A stretch of DNA of 64,000 nucleotides, from the NCBI RefSeq assembly GCF_021869535.1, contig NW_026262745.1, forward strand, positions 85,064,001 through 85,128,000. Reading direction: 5' to 3'. This DNA is from Mytilus californianus. Its lineage: Eukaryota. The position numbers were made by a program, and so were the translations under genes. Positions 1 to 13,772 of the stretch are shown here, piece after piece (the stretch's first letter is position 1; every line of letters begins with the position of its first letter). The notes under the pieces were generated by a model, which made no database searches, was not told where the DNA came from, and was given only the letters and a program-made list of their open reading frames with translations.

Positions 1-1
1 C

Positions 2-2590
2 ATCAAAATTTTCCAAAATGAATTTGACAGTGGTAAAATTGCCATTTAGACAAGATGTATTCAAGGCTGTCTTCGCGTCTAACGCTTGACTACCACACTT
101 ATCTAATAACCATTCAAGTATATCTAGACTGCCTTTGGTACAAGCATTCATAAATGGTGTCTTCATGTCAATTGTTTTGTCATTAACATTGTCTAGTAAC
201 CACATTGCTAGATTTAGACCGTCTGATCTAAAACAAACGCTACTCATTGCTGTGTTTACATCTATCAATGTTTCATCAATATTTTGTACTAACCATTTAA
301 CTACATCAGCATTACCCTGTGAACACGCTTTGTTCATTCCTGTGTCCATACCCAGTAAAGTATTATTCACTTTTTCAGTTAACAATTGCACTACATCTAA
401 TCTAAGCTGATGGCATGCCTGCCACATAATCACTTTGAATTTTGTATTAGACCAAATCTCTTTCACTTCAACCCGATTTAAGAAAATACTAATCACGTAA
501 AAATAACGATTATGCACAACTTCATCTTCATTAATAACATTATATAATGCTGTTTTAGCGTCGAATAACGTATCCTCAACATTTTCCATTATCCATATGA
601 TAACATCCAGTCTTTGTAATAAACACGCTTTTTGTATTACGGTGTCTAGATCTAGCAAGGAACTATCTACTTTATCTGTCAATAATTGCAGCATGTCCCT
701 ATGATGTTGGAAGCATGAATTGATCATTAATCTTTTCCAAAAAATTATATTTGTTAAAATGTCTTTATCATTTAATTGCTTTAATAAAAATATCACGATG
801 TCCAAATCAACTTCATCATAATATCCTTCATACAAATCCTCTTCATAATCATCAATAACGTTACACATGTTATATAATGTTTTCTTAACGTCAAACAACG
901 TATTGTCAACATTTTCTACAACCCATTTGACAACATCCAGATCTTGTAATAAACACGCTTTTTTTATCACTCGGTCTACATCTAGCAAAGAACTATCTAC
1001 CTTGTCTGTTAATAATTGCAGCATGCCCCTATTACGTTGGAAGCATGAAATCTCCATTAATCTTTTTAATTTAGTTATATCTGATAAAATATCATTATCA
1101 TCTATCTGTTGAAATAAAAGTGTGATGATGTCCAAACAACCTTCATACATATCAGTATCATAATCACAATCATCACCAATTATATCATATAATGATGTTT
1201 TAACGTCAAACAACGTATTGTCAACATTTTCTAATATCCATTTGACAACATCAAATTTTTTAAATAAAAATGCTTCAAATACTACTGTGCCTACATCTAG
1301 CAAAGAACTATCTACCTTGTCTGTTAATAATAGCACCATATCCCTATTACGTCCGAAGCATGAAATACTCATTAATCTGTTTAAATGGGCTATATTTGAT
1401 AAAATGTCTTCATCATCTAATCGTTTCAAAAGAAGTGTGATGATTTCAAAATCAACATCACCATCTTCATCTAGTTCATAGTACTCTAAATCATAATCCC
1501 AATCATTATCAATAAAATAATATAATATTTTTCGAAACTCAAACAACGTAATGTCAGCATTTTCTATTATCCATTTGACAACGTCCCTTTTCTGTGCTAC
1601 AATTGCTTCCAATACTACTGTGTCTACATCTAGCAAAGAACTGTCTACTTTATCTGTTAATAATTGCAGCTTGTCCCTATTACGTTGGAAGCATGAAATG
1701 GTCAATAATCTTTCCAAATAGGTTTTATTTGATGAAATGTCTTCATAATCTAATCGCTTCAATAAAAAGTTGATCATATTAAAATTGCGATAATCATCAT
1801 TTTTTTCATCATCACCAATAGCATAATCTAAGGCTATTTTAACGTCAAACAATGTGTTGTCAATATTTTCTGCTATCCATTGGATAACATTAAAGTTACC
1901 TTCTGAGCACGCTTTATTCATTACTGTGTCAATACCGAGGAAATTGTTATCAACAGTATCTGCCAAGAATTTCATTATTTCCAACTTGCAGAGACTCAAT
2001 GATGTTTTGGTGTGAAGCAATGAATTGTCAACGTTCTCTGCTATCAACCTTACTTTTTCAAAATTGTCATTGAAACACGCATTATTCATTGCTGTTTTCA
2101 TGTCAAGCAACTTATTATCAAAATATTTTACAAAAATTTTGACTATTTCTAATTCTGCATTGTTACAAGCACGGTGGAGAATTTTTTTAATGGTCCCTAT
2201 GTCGAAAAAAGTTTGATCAATATTTTCTAATAAGACCTTAACAACTTCGAGGACTATCTTTTGATAATCGTTACCAAAGAAAGGCTTCAATGCTGCATGC
2301 ATGGCTTTATTCATGTCAAACAATTTATGATCAACGGAGGTAATCAACATGTCAAGTATCTCGAGTCTTCCATAATAACAAGATATGGTAAAAATCCCTC
2401 TCATATCTAATAAATTATGATCGTATTTATCTAACACAAGCTTTGTAATATCTGGCATATTGAATGCACTTGCCTTTTGCAATATATAATTTATTGTTGT
2501 GATATCAAAGGCAGAATTACGAACACTTTGCAAAAGCAGTTTAATCAAATCAGATCCTTCAAAACATTGACATGTATCGATCGATGAGAA
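2..2590 (-). pseudogene. Exon 3, part c: about 863 further codons of ankyrin-like repeats after a frameshift; open to the window edge and not in the ORF track
   Basis: I read every codon in this frame (codon starts 1 mod 3) from 2590 to 2 and found no stop. Translation continues the same repeat grammar (LLDMKTAMNNAC, LFDVKTAL, ACSQGNADVVKWLVQN). Confidence 0.9.
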
Positions 2591-3693
2591 TCATTGGTAA
2601 TTAACAACTTAACAATGGCGAGATTGTTTCCATCTATCGCAATGGCAGTTGCTGTTTGCATATCTAATTGTTTGTGCACAACATTTTGTAGCAAATACTC
2701 TACTACCTTTATTTTCCCTTTTCCTTTACACGCATTATTCAACGCCGATTTTAAATTAAAGTAATTATTCGAGTATGTGAAGAAAGAGGATTGCAGATTT
2801 TCTATTAACCATTGAATTATCTCCAAATTTCTATTTTTCAATGCTTTCCTTGCACAGTCTATGATTTCAGGCAGTACAACAACACTAACAATACGCAATA
2901 GTTGGCCAACAACATTATCCCGGCCTTGTTGACACATTATTACTAAAATGTTCATATCGAATGAGAAAGGTTCGATACTGTCTACTATTAGGGAAATTAC
3001 ATCATGTTTATTACTGTTGCAAGCTTCTAAAATCGCAATGTTGAAGTCAAAAAACGACGAATCTGTGTTTTTTATTAACCATCTTGCTACATTAATGTTT
3101 CCTCCACGACATGATGCATTCAAAGCAGTTTTTACATCGAAAAAGGAGGTAGAATTGTATTTTTGTATCAACCATTGAACGATGTCTATGTTCCCTGTTT
3201 CACAAATTTCACTAATTGCCGTTCGCATATTAAACTTTCCTATATCGACATTTTCACAAAGCCACTGAATAATCTCCTGGTTTTTCGCATTGACATTTGC
3301 GTTAGCTAACTTGTTTGAAAGTTTTATTATGTCTATTAACCATTTAACAACTTCATATCTACCAGAACGACATAAGTCTCCGATTGCACCTGTTAAGTCA
3401 ATGCCAGAAGTGCTCTGATCTTTCTTTAGTAGTGGTAAAACGTTTGTCCAGTTTCTCAAGCAAATTTCAAAAAAAATCTTTTGAAGATCAACGAATTTCA
3501 TATCAATACTTCGGAGCAGTAACATCATCATTTCATCGTTTCTTGGTGGTGTTAAAAGTATGACTTTTGTGAAGTAGCAGTCGTAATCATTCGTTAGTTT
3601 GAAATCGTTTATTATATGCAAAATCAAAATAACTATTTCATTCGTATTTTCTTGGACAACAGCAGACAAAAATGCTGACAAAACAGACGCTTT
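2545..3693 (-). pseudogene. Exon 3, part b: ankyrin-like repeats in frame with the NTPase after the TGA at 3694-3696
   Basis: Reads IVQS*KASVLSAFL in the same frame (3696 and 3681 both 0 mod 3). Repeated FD(V/M)KTALNxAC..G..++V.WL+ units. Confidence 0.85.
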
Positions 3694-5195
3694 TCAACTC
3701 TGAACAATATCGATTTTGCTTTCTCGTTGAAAAATATAACGAGTATGTTCTAACAATGGAACTAATGATTCAAAGAGATGCTTTTGTGTGATAACATGTT
3801 CAAGTAAAGCGGCGGGGAGATAAAAATTTACTGATTCATGATCATCTGGAAGTGCAATCATGGTTGTCATGTCCTTCAGGGGTAATAATCTATGAGCTAC
3901 TTCAATCAAATTTTTAACAAAAGTTATATCATTTTGTCTCATAATTTCTGAATCGCATAAAAGCTGAATTAGATTTTGAGATCTCAGACGATATTCAGTT
4001 TGGAGAATTTCGATTATGCGTTCACAAAGATATGGGTAATACCTGGCAGGAATATTCAAGACTACTTCTCCTTCTTTTTCTTGAAAGCCCTCAAGGCGCA
4101 CCATTTCTCTGATAAAATGAAACGCTAATTTAGATAAAATTAGCACAGGATTTATTCTACTGTATGAAATAAATACACTCTCGAGTACTGTCTGATGTTG
4201 AAATTTGTAGGAATTGGTGTCATATCCTTTTATTAGATATTGACCAATCATTTCATCAATTGCATCGTACAGATAATGTTCTAAAATATTATTTGCACAA
4301 TTATGGTAGCAAGAGGTTATAATTTCGCTCATTTGGTTGAAGTTTATTTGATTTGTATCCAACAAATCTCCATTTAGGAGAACATATACAAGCAGAGAGT
4401 ATTTTATTTTGTCAGAAAATTTCTCTTTGCCAGATTTCCGTAAATTCTCGATCTCTTCTGTCAGACAACTAGATGGGTGTTTGAAGAACGCTTCCCCTAA
4501 TCTAGTAAATTTTCTATTTCCTGTGAAAAGGCAACATGTCTGTGGAAAACCTAGTATTGGCTCAGTTTTTATAATCTGATTTAAAGTAATTAGATTTAGT
4601 TTGACTGTAACTTTGTCGTCTAAAATTACCTCGTCTTTAAAATTTTCTATTTCATTCAGTCCCACTATCTTAAACTTATTAACCTGACAATACCCGACAA
4701 ATAATGCCTTCTTTTCCTCTTCCTTTAATTCGAATTCCTTTGAGCAAATGTCTACTTCGACAAATTTATAAAAAAGTCTATTGGAGGAAAAGACCCAGTT
4801 ACATGACCGTTTAACAATATCTCTAACTGTAAATACTATTTTTGTGTTTCCAATGTTAACACAAGCATTTACCCTATTAAGTATTTCAACATCTGAATTT
4901 TGAGTAAATACATTATTGGTCCTACCAAATATGTCTTCACACAGGATGACGGTCTTAACTTTTGGTAAAAAAATGTCTTCAAAATCTTTCAGGTCTGTTA
5001 ATTTAATGATCTGATAACCTTGCGTTTTACACTGGTGTAGAATTTCTAAACTGTTTCTGCTCTTTCCTGATCCAGCTCGTCCTGTCAATACTAAAACATT
5101 GTTCTCTCTCAGTAACTGTACACAAGATGGGACCACAGATGTCGTTACGAATGTATTTTCCTTTTTGTGATGTTCTATTTCTAGCATGGTTAAAC
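3694..5195 (-). CDS. Coding exon 3, part a: nSTAND3-type STAND NTPase plus winged-helix region, ending at an in-frame TGA
   Basis: Phase-1 acceptor TTTCAAAG|GT TTA ACC ATG matches the exon 2 donor (DEK-G-LTMLEIE). Walker A GRAGSGKS, Walker B-like VILCEDIFG, sensor TVR, HQTV motif. Confidence 0.85.
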
Positions 5196-8100
5196 CTTTG
5201 AAAGATCAGTATTTTAAAGTATTACATATTAAAAGGAAGATGTTAAAATCTGCATTAGTCATTTTTTTTAATTAAATGAGATGTAAGGGTCTGTTAATAG
5301 TATATTTAGGTCAAGCATACCATTTTACTGTAAAACACTTTACATTCCTGAAACCCAAAACTCATCCAAAAAATTCTAGAGTTAAATGGATATAATGAAC
5401 AACTTGGAAAATTATAAATCACATACCTTAAGATCAAATTTACATAATAATGTGTAATATTTAAAAAAAAATATATTAAGGTTATCTGTTTCTTTCTCCC
5501 GAGTATTACAGAAAACATAACGATAAAGATATTTTGAATTCTTTTATGGAATCAGGTTTTGAAACAAGCCCCATCTTCATTTTAAACATAAGTATTTACA
5601 ATCTTCTTGTCACTGATGCAACTGTTGAAATAAACACAAACATACAGGTACACACACTGATATGCACACACATTTGCATCATTACAACTCTATTATAACG
5701 ATTGATTCTTTTTGTCTAGATACATCTAGTTGGTGGCCATGTTCGTACGATACGTCAACATGTCAATTATGATAATAAGTATATGATATGTTCGATTGTT
5801 TTGATAGGTAATATTTCCTTTCAGAAACAAACAGATATGGCACAAACAACGACATACTATAATGATTACTTATGTCAGACTTTGTAATGCCTGTTTTCGT
5901 TTTGAATTTAAACTACTATACTCCTAGATGCAAACCTCAAACATGCATTCGTATGTACTTCATTTGACGAAGAAAATGATCCTACCGGATTAATTTGACT
6001 GCAAAACAAAAACGCCTACTTGTATATTATGACGTTTACTACATTTTATGTTTAAAAAAACACTTAGGAAATAACGGGAAAATACAATAAAGTAATAGCT
6101 AAGGCTCCTGAAATGCCTGAGTGTTCATACATAAACTAATGGTGCAGATTTACTTATGTTTACCGTAAAATTTAAATTAACTGTAGAACAATAAATATGT
6201 TACTGTTGTCCTGCTACACTAAAGCTGATAATAAAACTTCGACTCTTGTAGTCGTTAATTATAAACAGATGATAAATCAAGAATAAAGTACATACCAATG
6301 AGCTTTGATCTCTTGGAAAGACCTAAATGAGAAAAGTATACTGAATTAATCCCTCAACAAAAGCAGTCCTAGGTATAAATTAATGTGTTTTTAATACAAA
6401 ATAAGGCATCTAACATGGGTTAAAACTTTTTACTCAGTCGAAGGAAGTGTTGCGTTCATGCTTTGTGCATTCTTGAAACGGAGAGTCACCTACATAACAT
6501 TGGATTGTAAAACATTTAATTGTACATAATCGTCCAAGGAGTATTGCAATGTTATAACGGGGGAATTCAACTGCGTTTAACGAGGAGAAAAACATGTCCT
6601 CCATAGAAACAAAATGGTATAGAGTGACGTCAGGTTATAAAAACCCATTGTCATACTATTGTAAAAGGATTGAACATGGAAGGAATCTGATAAAAAGTCT
6701 CTTATTGTGAATAATCCAATATCACATTTTGAAAGTAATGTCGAAATTATTGAAACAGTATCTGGTACGGCCATTTCTAGAAAAAGAAAACAAGCTTCAG
6801 GTACTGATAAAGCGACTTGTTTTCGTAAGAGGTGACGAAGCAACCGAAAATGTGGTGGTGCGATGACGTCAATATCAAACGGAAAGTTGTAAGAATAAAG
6901 TTATTAATTCTTTTAAATTCTGATTCGTACGCTTCAGAGAGAGTCAAATAATGAAGAATTATGTCATTACCAAATCTCAGATTATGACCTCCTCTGGACA
7001 GCATATGTTTTTACTATAGAAAAACATCACATATCGTTTCATCTGGGAATCTAATGCACGTGTATGATAGTGTTTAACTCGCAGTGTATATCCAAACTAG
7101 TTACATTCCATGATACATTTATTTTTCCTTAATGTAACCTGTATCATGTTTATGTGTTGTACAACTTATCTTCTGGTGTTCTAACTAGTTTCATTTGAAT
7201 TATCAAAGACCTTATCATTTATTTCATAATAAAGTATATGACAGAATGGAATATTAATATTTTTGGAATGATTTTAATGAATTGGGCGTGTTTTGTGGTC
7301 CTTTTTAATCGAGTGTCAGTTATGACATTTCAACTATATAAACTACACTGCTCCACAATCGTGCCCTTTAATAGTAGACGTGTATCATAAATGCATTGAT
7401 CCACAGTGTATGGTCAAACTCATTAAATTCCATGTAAGTGATACATCTTACTATAACTAACAGTTACCTTCATGATATTTTTTTATTAGATGATAAAAAT
7501 TTCTCTAAATATGATACTTCGACAATGACCTTAGGTAACCGACTTTTATTTTAAATATAAAGCAAATATAAACAGCTATAACTATCCTTTCCTTGATTAA
7601 GTTCATTTTGTTTTACAACGAAAACTCTTCACAAAAATTTATGACAAAATCGACAATTTTTTCCCCCGGTTACAACTTTTTTGCTATGATGTTCCTTTTG
7701 TCACATCGTACGCTGTTCATATATCCCAATTTATCTATTTTGAAGTTTTTTTGTAGTCACGTTCTAGATTTAAATGAACGTAGTTGGTTAATGTATTACT
7801 GGTGAATTATTAGGTGAAAGATTTCGTTACCACAAAATTAATAATCATTAACCTTTACTCACCTATTAATACAAAAAGTAAAAAGATACAAAAAATTGGT
7901 TTTGATAAATTAAGACAAAACTATATAAACATGATAAATATAAATATGTTATTACTCTATTGTTTTAAGCATTGCACGATGTCATGCTTTTTCAAAGACT
8001 GTTAATGCCATTGTGTGTGTACTGATTGATATTTTAGTCTGGGAAACCTGATTTAAGCATGTTATGTATTAGTTATAATTGGCTTTGATAAACGTTTATT

Positions 8101-8738
8101 AACAGCGAGAATTCAAAGATCAGTAATTTGTGTGTTTAGTCTTTTTTAGTTTTTTTGTGTTTTGTGTTGATATGATGAGTCAAGCCAATCACAACTGATT
8201 TTTCTCAGTTTTTTTTCGAATATTAGGCTAAACATCAAGTGTCAAATATCTCTGGCATGTTCAAAACAAAAACAAATCAAGGAAATATACAAAATGTAGG
8301 TCCTGTAATATTGGTTGACCAGGATGAAGGGCGGGTAATTTTGACTACCAAAGCACAATGAGAATATATTAGATTGGAACATAAGTTTTGTCGCCTTGCA
8401 ACAGGCCAAGCCAAATACGAACCAATAAAGAGTTTTTTTAAAGATACTCCCTCTTCACAAGATATTGGATATCACGTAAGCATTCTGACTGGACGTGGCT
8501 TCGTAATTGTACATAACGCACAGCGAAACAGACGTTCCATTTTTCCTAGGGTTTTACTGCAGATATGTAGGCGAATAAATGTGACCATATTTCTATTCCT
8601 AAGCCAACGTTGGGTACAAAGTTTTCATGAAACTTATGTGAAAGTATAGCCTCTATGCTGAAATACAGTAAAATTTTAATCTTATGCTCCTAATTATTGA
8701 TCCATTTTTATTAAATCGGAGGAACTTAAGTTTATAAA

Positions 8739-11700
8739 TGTTAACGGCAATACGTGAAATTAGACATTACGCTTAATTCCTAGGTAATAAACTAACGCCT
8801 AGGCTGATGATGATTATTCAATCTATTGCCGAACATAATTCGGTAATTTATTCTTGATATAAAGTAGTTTCTTAATTATATTCCAAATATTAATATACAT
8901 TCATTTAACAGATCTTCAAATTTTAGATATTTTCATATTCAAAAATGAATTAACTCATACTTTTTTGTGGTATCACAAAAAGTAAAAAAAGATTTAAAAA
9001 AAAGTGATTGTATCCAACGAAAAACAGGGAGGGTGAGGTCCTATATATTAATTATGATAATAATTGTTTTTTTTTACACTTCACTAGTCGAGCTGGTCTG
9101 ATCTGGTCAAAAGTAGACAACATTAATAAGATATGATTTTTTTGCTCACACCATGTTTCCAGTGTTTTAATTGGATAAGTAAATTTTCTTTGTTAAAATT
9201 TTTGTTAAAAACCCCAAGGCCATCTTGTCTTTTTAACTTCATTATCTGGATTATTAGCATTAAGTGACAGCATGTCTATTAAGGACAAATTTCTTGAATC
9301 TTTGCGGTATAAATTCGAATCTGGGGAAAAACAAGAAACATATACCATAGAGAAATGTACCATGATCTTTTGGCAAAGATTTAACTTTTAGAATCATCAG
9401 AAAAGAAGGCAACTAAAGATTGCTACAATTTAAAAAGGTATGATATTTTTACCATTGGAGGTTTTAAGAGGTTGATAACAAAGTCAACGAGAATGATGAG
9501 GGAAATTGCAGAATTTTATGTCTTTCTAGAGGAACTCTATAGTATTTTGGACATAAAGAAACAGGTCATGGCAGCAGAGACCGCATGATTAAATATGAAT
9601 ATGCTAATATTTCCCGGAATTCTATTGAACTATTTCATTCACTTTTTGAAAATTGTAATATGAAAAAAAAAAAACATATAGGGAAGGGAGTAGTAGTCAA
9701 GCCCATTTTATCTAAAGACTTTAACAGAAGAGGACAAGTTGAATTGATGGATTACTATAGATTTCTTATGGTTTTCTAAAATCACCTTACAAAATTTTGT
9801 AACATTAAAGCTCTTACGTCAAAATGTGCCTTAGAGGTGGCTTTTAATCTTAGTGATATTTTCACAATTTTTGGTACGCCTCATATACTGCAAAGTGACA
9901 ATGGTCGGGAATTCACAGCTTTTGTCATATCCGAGTTAAAATTAATGTGGCCAGAACTAGTTATCGTTCATGGGAAGCCGAGACATCCCCAATCACAGGG
10001 TAATATTGAGCAATCGAATGGAGATATCCATGACATGCTTACTGCATGGACGAGGGACAATTAATCAACAGTGGTCAATTGGCATCAAGTTCGTCCATAT
10101 TCAAAAGAATTCAGATAAACAAAAAGGCATTGGACAATCACCCTATAAAGCCTTTGTTGGTAAATGTGCAACTATTGGATTAACATCAGAAACCAAAATT
10201 TCGAAAGATTATATATTCAAAACGACTCTTTAATCTTGGAGGGAGCCTTAACTAAATCATTACAGTACTTCCATGTAATGTATAACGGATAAAAAACGAG
10301 AATCTTACCAGAAGCTTTAGAACAAAATATCTGCATCCTTTCGTTCAGCATGACATAAATCTGACCGTTAGTTTTGAGTTGTTTCACGTTTACAATTTCG
10401 GGCCTTTTATAGCTTAATATGAGAAAAAGGTTTTCGTTGAAGGCCGTATGGTGACCTATAGGTCTAAACTTATATATCAGTCTGCCTCTGGCGGAGAGTT
10501 GTCTCATTGGCAAGCATACCACATCTTCATATTTTTATATTGAGTTTAAGTGGAACGATCTTTATGAACACAAACGTCATTATCACAAAATTGTACGTAA
10601 ATTTGAAAAAAAAGTTTTATTTCAGTACGGCTTTATAAATATTTCTAATTACACAAAATTACATGTTTTTAAGCTGATTTTTTATTTAATCTGTTTTTCA
10701 GGATGTCTTAATTAAAGTGCTATGTATGTAAAAAAGGATACCTCGGGAGCTCATATGACTAGTAAATGTGACAAACACATTAATGTTATATGTGGAACTA
10801 CTCGTAGTGAAGACGGGTACGGTTCGAAGGTGTTAAGTCGCAACTTTACGATTGATACCAACAGATTTCGCCATCGTTCTGGAGCTATGGACAGTCAACT
10901 GAAGCAGACAAACACTATAATAGCAAGGAGCAAAACAGAACTAGAGACACCAGAAGTTTGTCAAACAGTGGCCGTTCCAATACCTATGTTTAATCCAGGG
11001 AAGGGCGACAGTAGAAATTTACTCGGCCGAGTCATTGAGGTAAGATATTTTATCAATAGTTTGACTGCATCATTTAATATGTCATGTATATTGAATACAA
11101 AACAGAAAAAAAGAGTAAAGGTGAATATGTTTATGTAATCAGAGAGGAATTTAGGAGGGGTATGGGCCCAGGCTTCCCCTATGGAGCTACAAAAATGATA
11201 AATGCAAAGACGTTATAAGTATCATTCAAAACATTGACTTGTCAGGCCCCTCTCCCTCGTTTTGAAAAATCCATGATCTGCACCTGGGGAAAATCAGATG
11301 TGGATCAATGCCACAAAGACAGTACAACGTCACCTTTGCTATACGGATTTGTTTTGTATTTCAATGAAAATAATTGCAAATAACTAATTATTCCGACTCT
11401 CACAAATATTTTTTTATCGATATTTTAATGAAAATACTCAAACTGCCTTCTGTAAGCAAAAATTAATTCTAGAAGAGGAAATCAATTGTGAAACAAATTT
11501 AAGTGTACGTGAGGCAGCCCCTTCAGTCAATGTCCGGGGGGTCAAGGATTTTTCCATAGTGCTTGTAAATCCAAATGTTTTAGTGACAGGTGCAAATGCG
11601 AGTTTTATTTGATGAGTTTTAATATCAATAACATATTTTATCAGTGATCATTTCCGGTAGTTGACATTTTAAAACTCAGTTCTTATAATGTTATTATATA

Positions 11701-11929
11701 ACAAAGCTATTTTTATTTAAATGAATAAATGTCTTTCATTTACTTGCATTCATATTTTAGGTACAATGTATAAGGATTAATGTCTGCACACATTTTTCAG
11801 GTTTTAAGATTAAATCCTAGGATTTAAAGTAATGCGTAACATCATTTAGGCAATAGACTTACTGCCTAGGCGTTAGCTTATTGTCTAGGATTTAAGCTTA
11901 ATGCCTAATTTCACTTATTGCCGCTAACG
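8739..11929 (+). mobile_element. Degenerate Ginger2/Tdd-like DNA transposon (KRBA2/SCAND3-type integrase) inside intron 2
   Basis: ~65-bp imperfect TIRs (TGTTAACGGCAATACGTGAAATTAG at 8739; inverse ending ...TATTGCCGCTAACG at 11929). Flanks TAAA/TATA. Fragments of H2C2 (HKETGHGSRDRM), GQVELMDY, LQSDNGREF, PQSQGNIE, PIP..GKGDSRNL and a C-terminal CKSKC..RCKC; many stops and frameshifts. Confidence 0.8.
10372..10540 (+). repeat. Fragment of an abundant bivalve interspersed repeat nested in the Ginger element
   Basis: Ends in GAGAGTTGTCTCATTGGCAAGCATACCACATCTTC; the same motif recurs near 17940, 19085, 19280(-), 41850(-) and 54960(-). Confidence 0.7.
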
Positions 11930-12351
11930 TATACAAAGTAAAATAGTTAAATAGACGATATCATTTTTACTGGAGCTTACTAAGTCAGCTTGGTTGTTTA
12001 CTAAAATTTATTCGAAATCCAAAATAAAATAATTTAATTCAAAATAAGATAGATTTGTCACGAATGCCATTCAGACAACTTTAAGCAGAAGGCAACAGGG
12101 CAAAAAAATATAAACAACTTCAAGTGTCAGCTGTTCGGTCGTCAATAATGCGCCAAATGTTGACGGTAAAGTTATTTATGAATAGTCCCAGATTAATACA
12201 AAAGTGTAACATGTGATTCAACTCAAGCGAGGAAACCAAATTTAGCATGTGTCTCGTAAGTTTTTGAAATATGTTAAACATTTCTGCTGGCAAGAGATAT
12301 AATTTCAACTTTCCGTTTAAACAACAATGTGCATTCATAAAATATAAATAC

Positions 12352-12754
12352 CCTTTTCATCTATGCATTTCTCTACTATTTTTGGTATGCTATTTGCAAG
12401 TTCTTCAACATTTTTCGAAATCATTCCTACTGTATTTTCAACTGTATCCAAACGCGTGTCCATATTTATTTTAAAATCTCCAATTGACTCTACAACGGTA
12501 TCAATTCGCTGTTCTACTTTTTGTGATTTATCTTTACATTGTCTTGCTAATTTAACCGTATAATGCTGGACAGTTCTCTGCTGTCTGCGACTTTGCATGT
12601 AATATTTGTCAAGTTCACGGGGAATGCGAATTTTGACTTCATTGGCAACTGCTTCAACTGTTTGTTCATTTGCCAGTTTAGCCATTTTTTTTGAAAAATC
12701 TTTTCCAAGTTTTCCTACAGATGCCTTTACCTCTTTACAACAAATTTCAACATT
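12352..12754 (-). CDS. Coding exon 2: coiled-coil linker
   Basis: Acceptor TTACAG|AAT at 12754 (phase 0, matches exon 1). Open frame NVEICCKEV...VEKCIDEK with heptad-like pattern. Phase-1 donor AAG G|GTATTT at 12352/12351. Confidence 0.8.
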
Positions 12755-13424
12755 CTGTAAGATATAAAGTATAAAAATGCAGAAGTGTTTTTTTTATATA
12801 TCAAACATATAAAACATTAATGTAAAAGATGTAAAAAAAACTGTCACAATGTATGTTTTTCACAAAATTTTAGTATGATAAATAAAATAAATAACATTCC
12901 GAAAAATATGACAAAAAATTAGTGTGTCGCTAGGGTTAATTATCACTGGTTTTCACTTTTTTTATAAAGCATAGTCATTGACAACGTCTTGGTGACAGGC
13001 TTTTGTGTTTTATGTCATACTAGTGAATCAAAAATTTCTTTCATCGGAGAAATGTTTTACTCGAATGAGAAATCACGGTATTTTATTGCATCAAAAATTA
13101 AACTTTATTCATTTCTCTTTTTACAAACATTGTGTAATCAACACATGATTAATGTGTTTTGCTATTTAGAGCATTTGGTGTTGATGGCTGATATTATGTA
13201 TTTTTTTTCTTTTATATTTGATTCAAAAACTGACGATTTCAAGCTTGATTTAATGTATAGTAACAATCTACTGTATACGTTTTTTTTTATTTCGTCCAAG
13301 ATTTCTTATTGTTATTGTTTCGATGTGTTACTGTCTCGTTCATGTATATCAGACACTCTCCTCCTTTCACATTCTTTATAGAATAACTAATCCAAGAATT
13401 CAAATACAGAAAAATATTAAACGA

Positions 13425-13484
13425 GTGACCGAACAACATATCAATTGCGAGTGCATGATTTAATTATAGGTGTTGTTCGGTCAC
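13425..13484. repeat. Inverted repeat/hairpin in intron 1
   Basis: GTGACCGAACAACA (13425-13438) and TGTTGTTCGGTCAC (13471-13484) are perfect 14-bp arms, with imperfect extension outward. Confidence 0.8.
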
Positions 13485-13772
13485 GAGTTGAACATTTTTC
13501 GATATTTTGAATTGGTTATTCTTTTTATTAAATTGACCATGGACTTATTAATGAAAAATAAAGTAAAAAAATGAAATGGAACAACATCTTTTTTTCTACA
13601 TATTTTAACTGTTATGATGGATAGTCATCAACAAAGTCTGGACAGCACCCATTCTTGTATGCCGTCAGGGGAGTGAAATTATTAGATTTATTTCACATGA
13701 AATCATCGGTTTTCATTTCACTGGGAAATCAAGATAATTAATCATTGTAATAATGACAAGTATCATACTTAC

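Noticed and set aside
135-3178. Plus-strand ORFs (135-410, 867-1112, 1218-1481, 2025-2216, 2948-3178)
   Set aside because: Antisense shadows of the ankyrin-repeat frame; their Ser/Thr/Asn-rich repetitiveness mirrors the real minus-strand codons.
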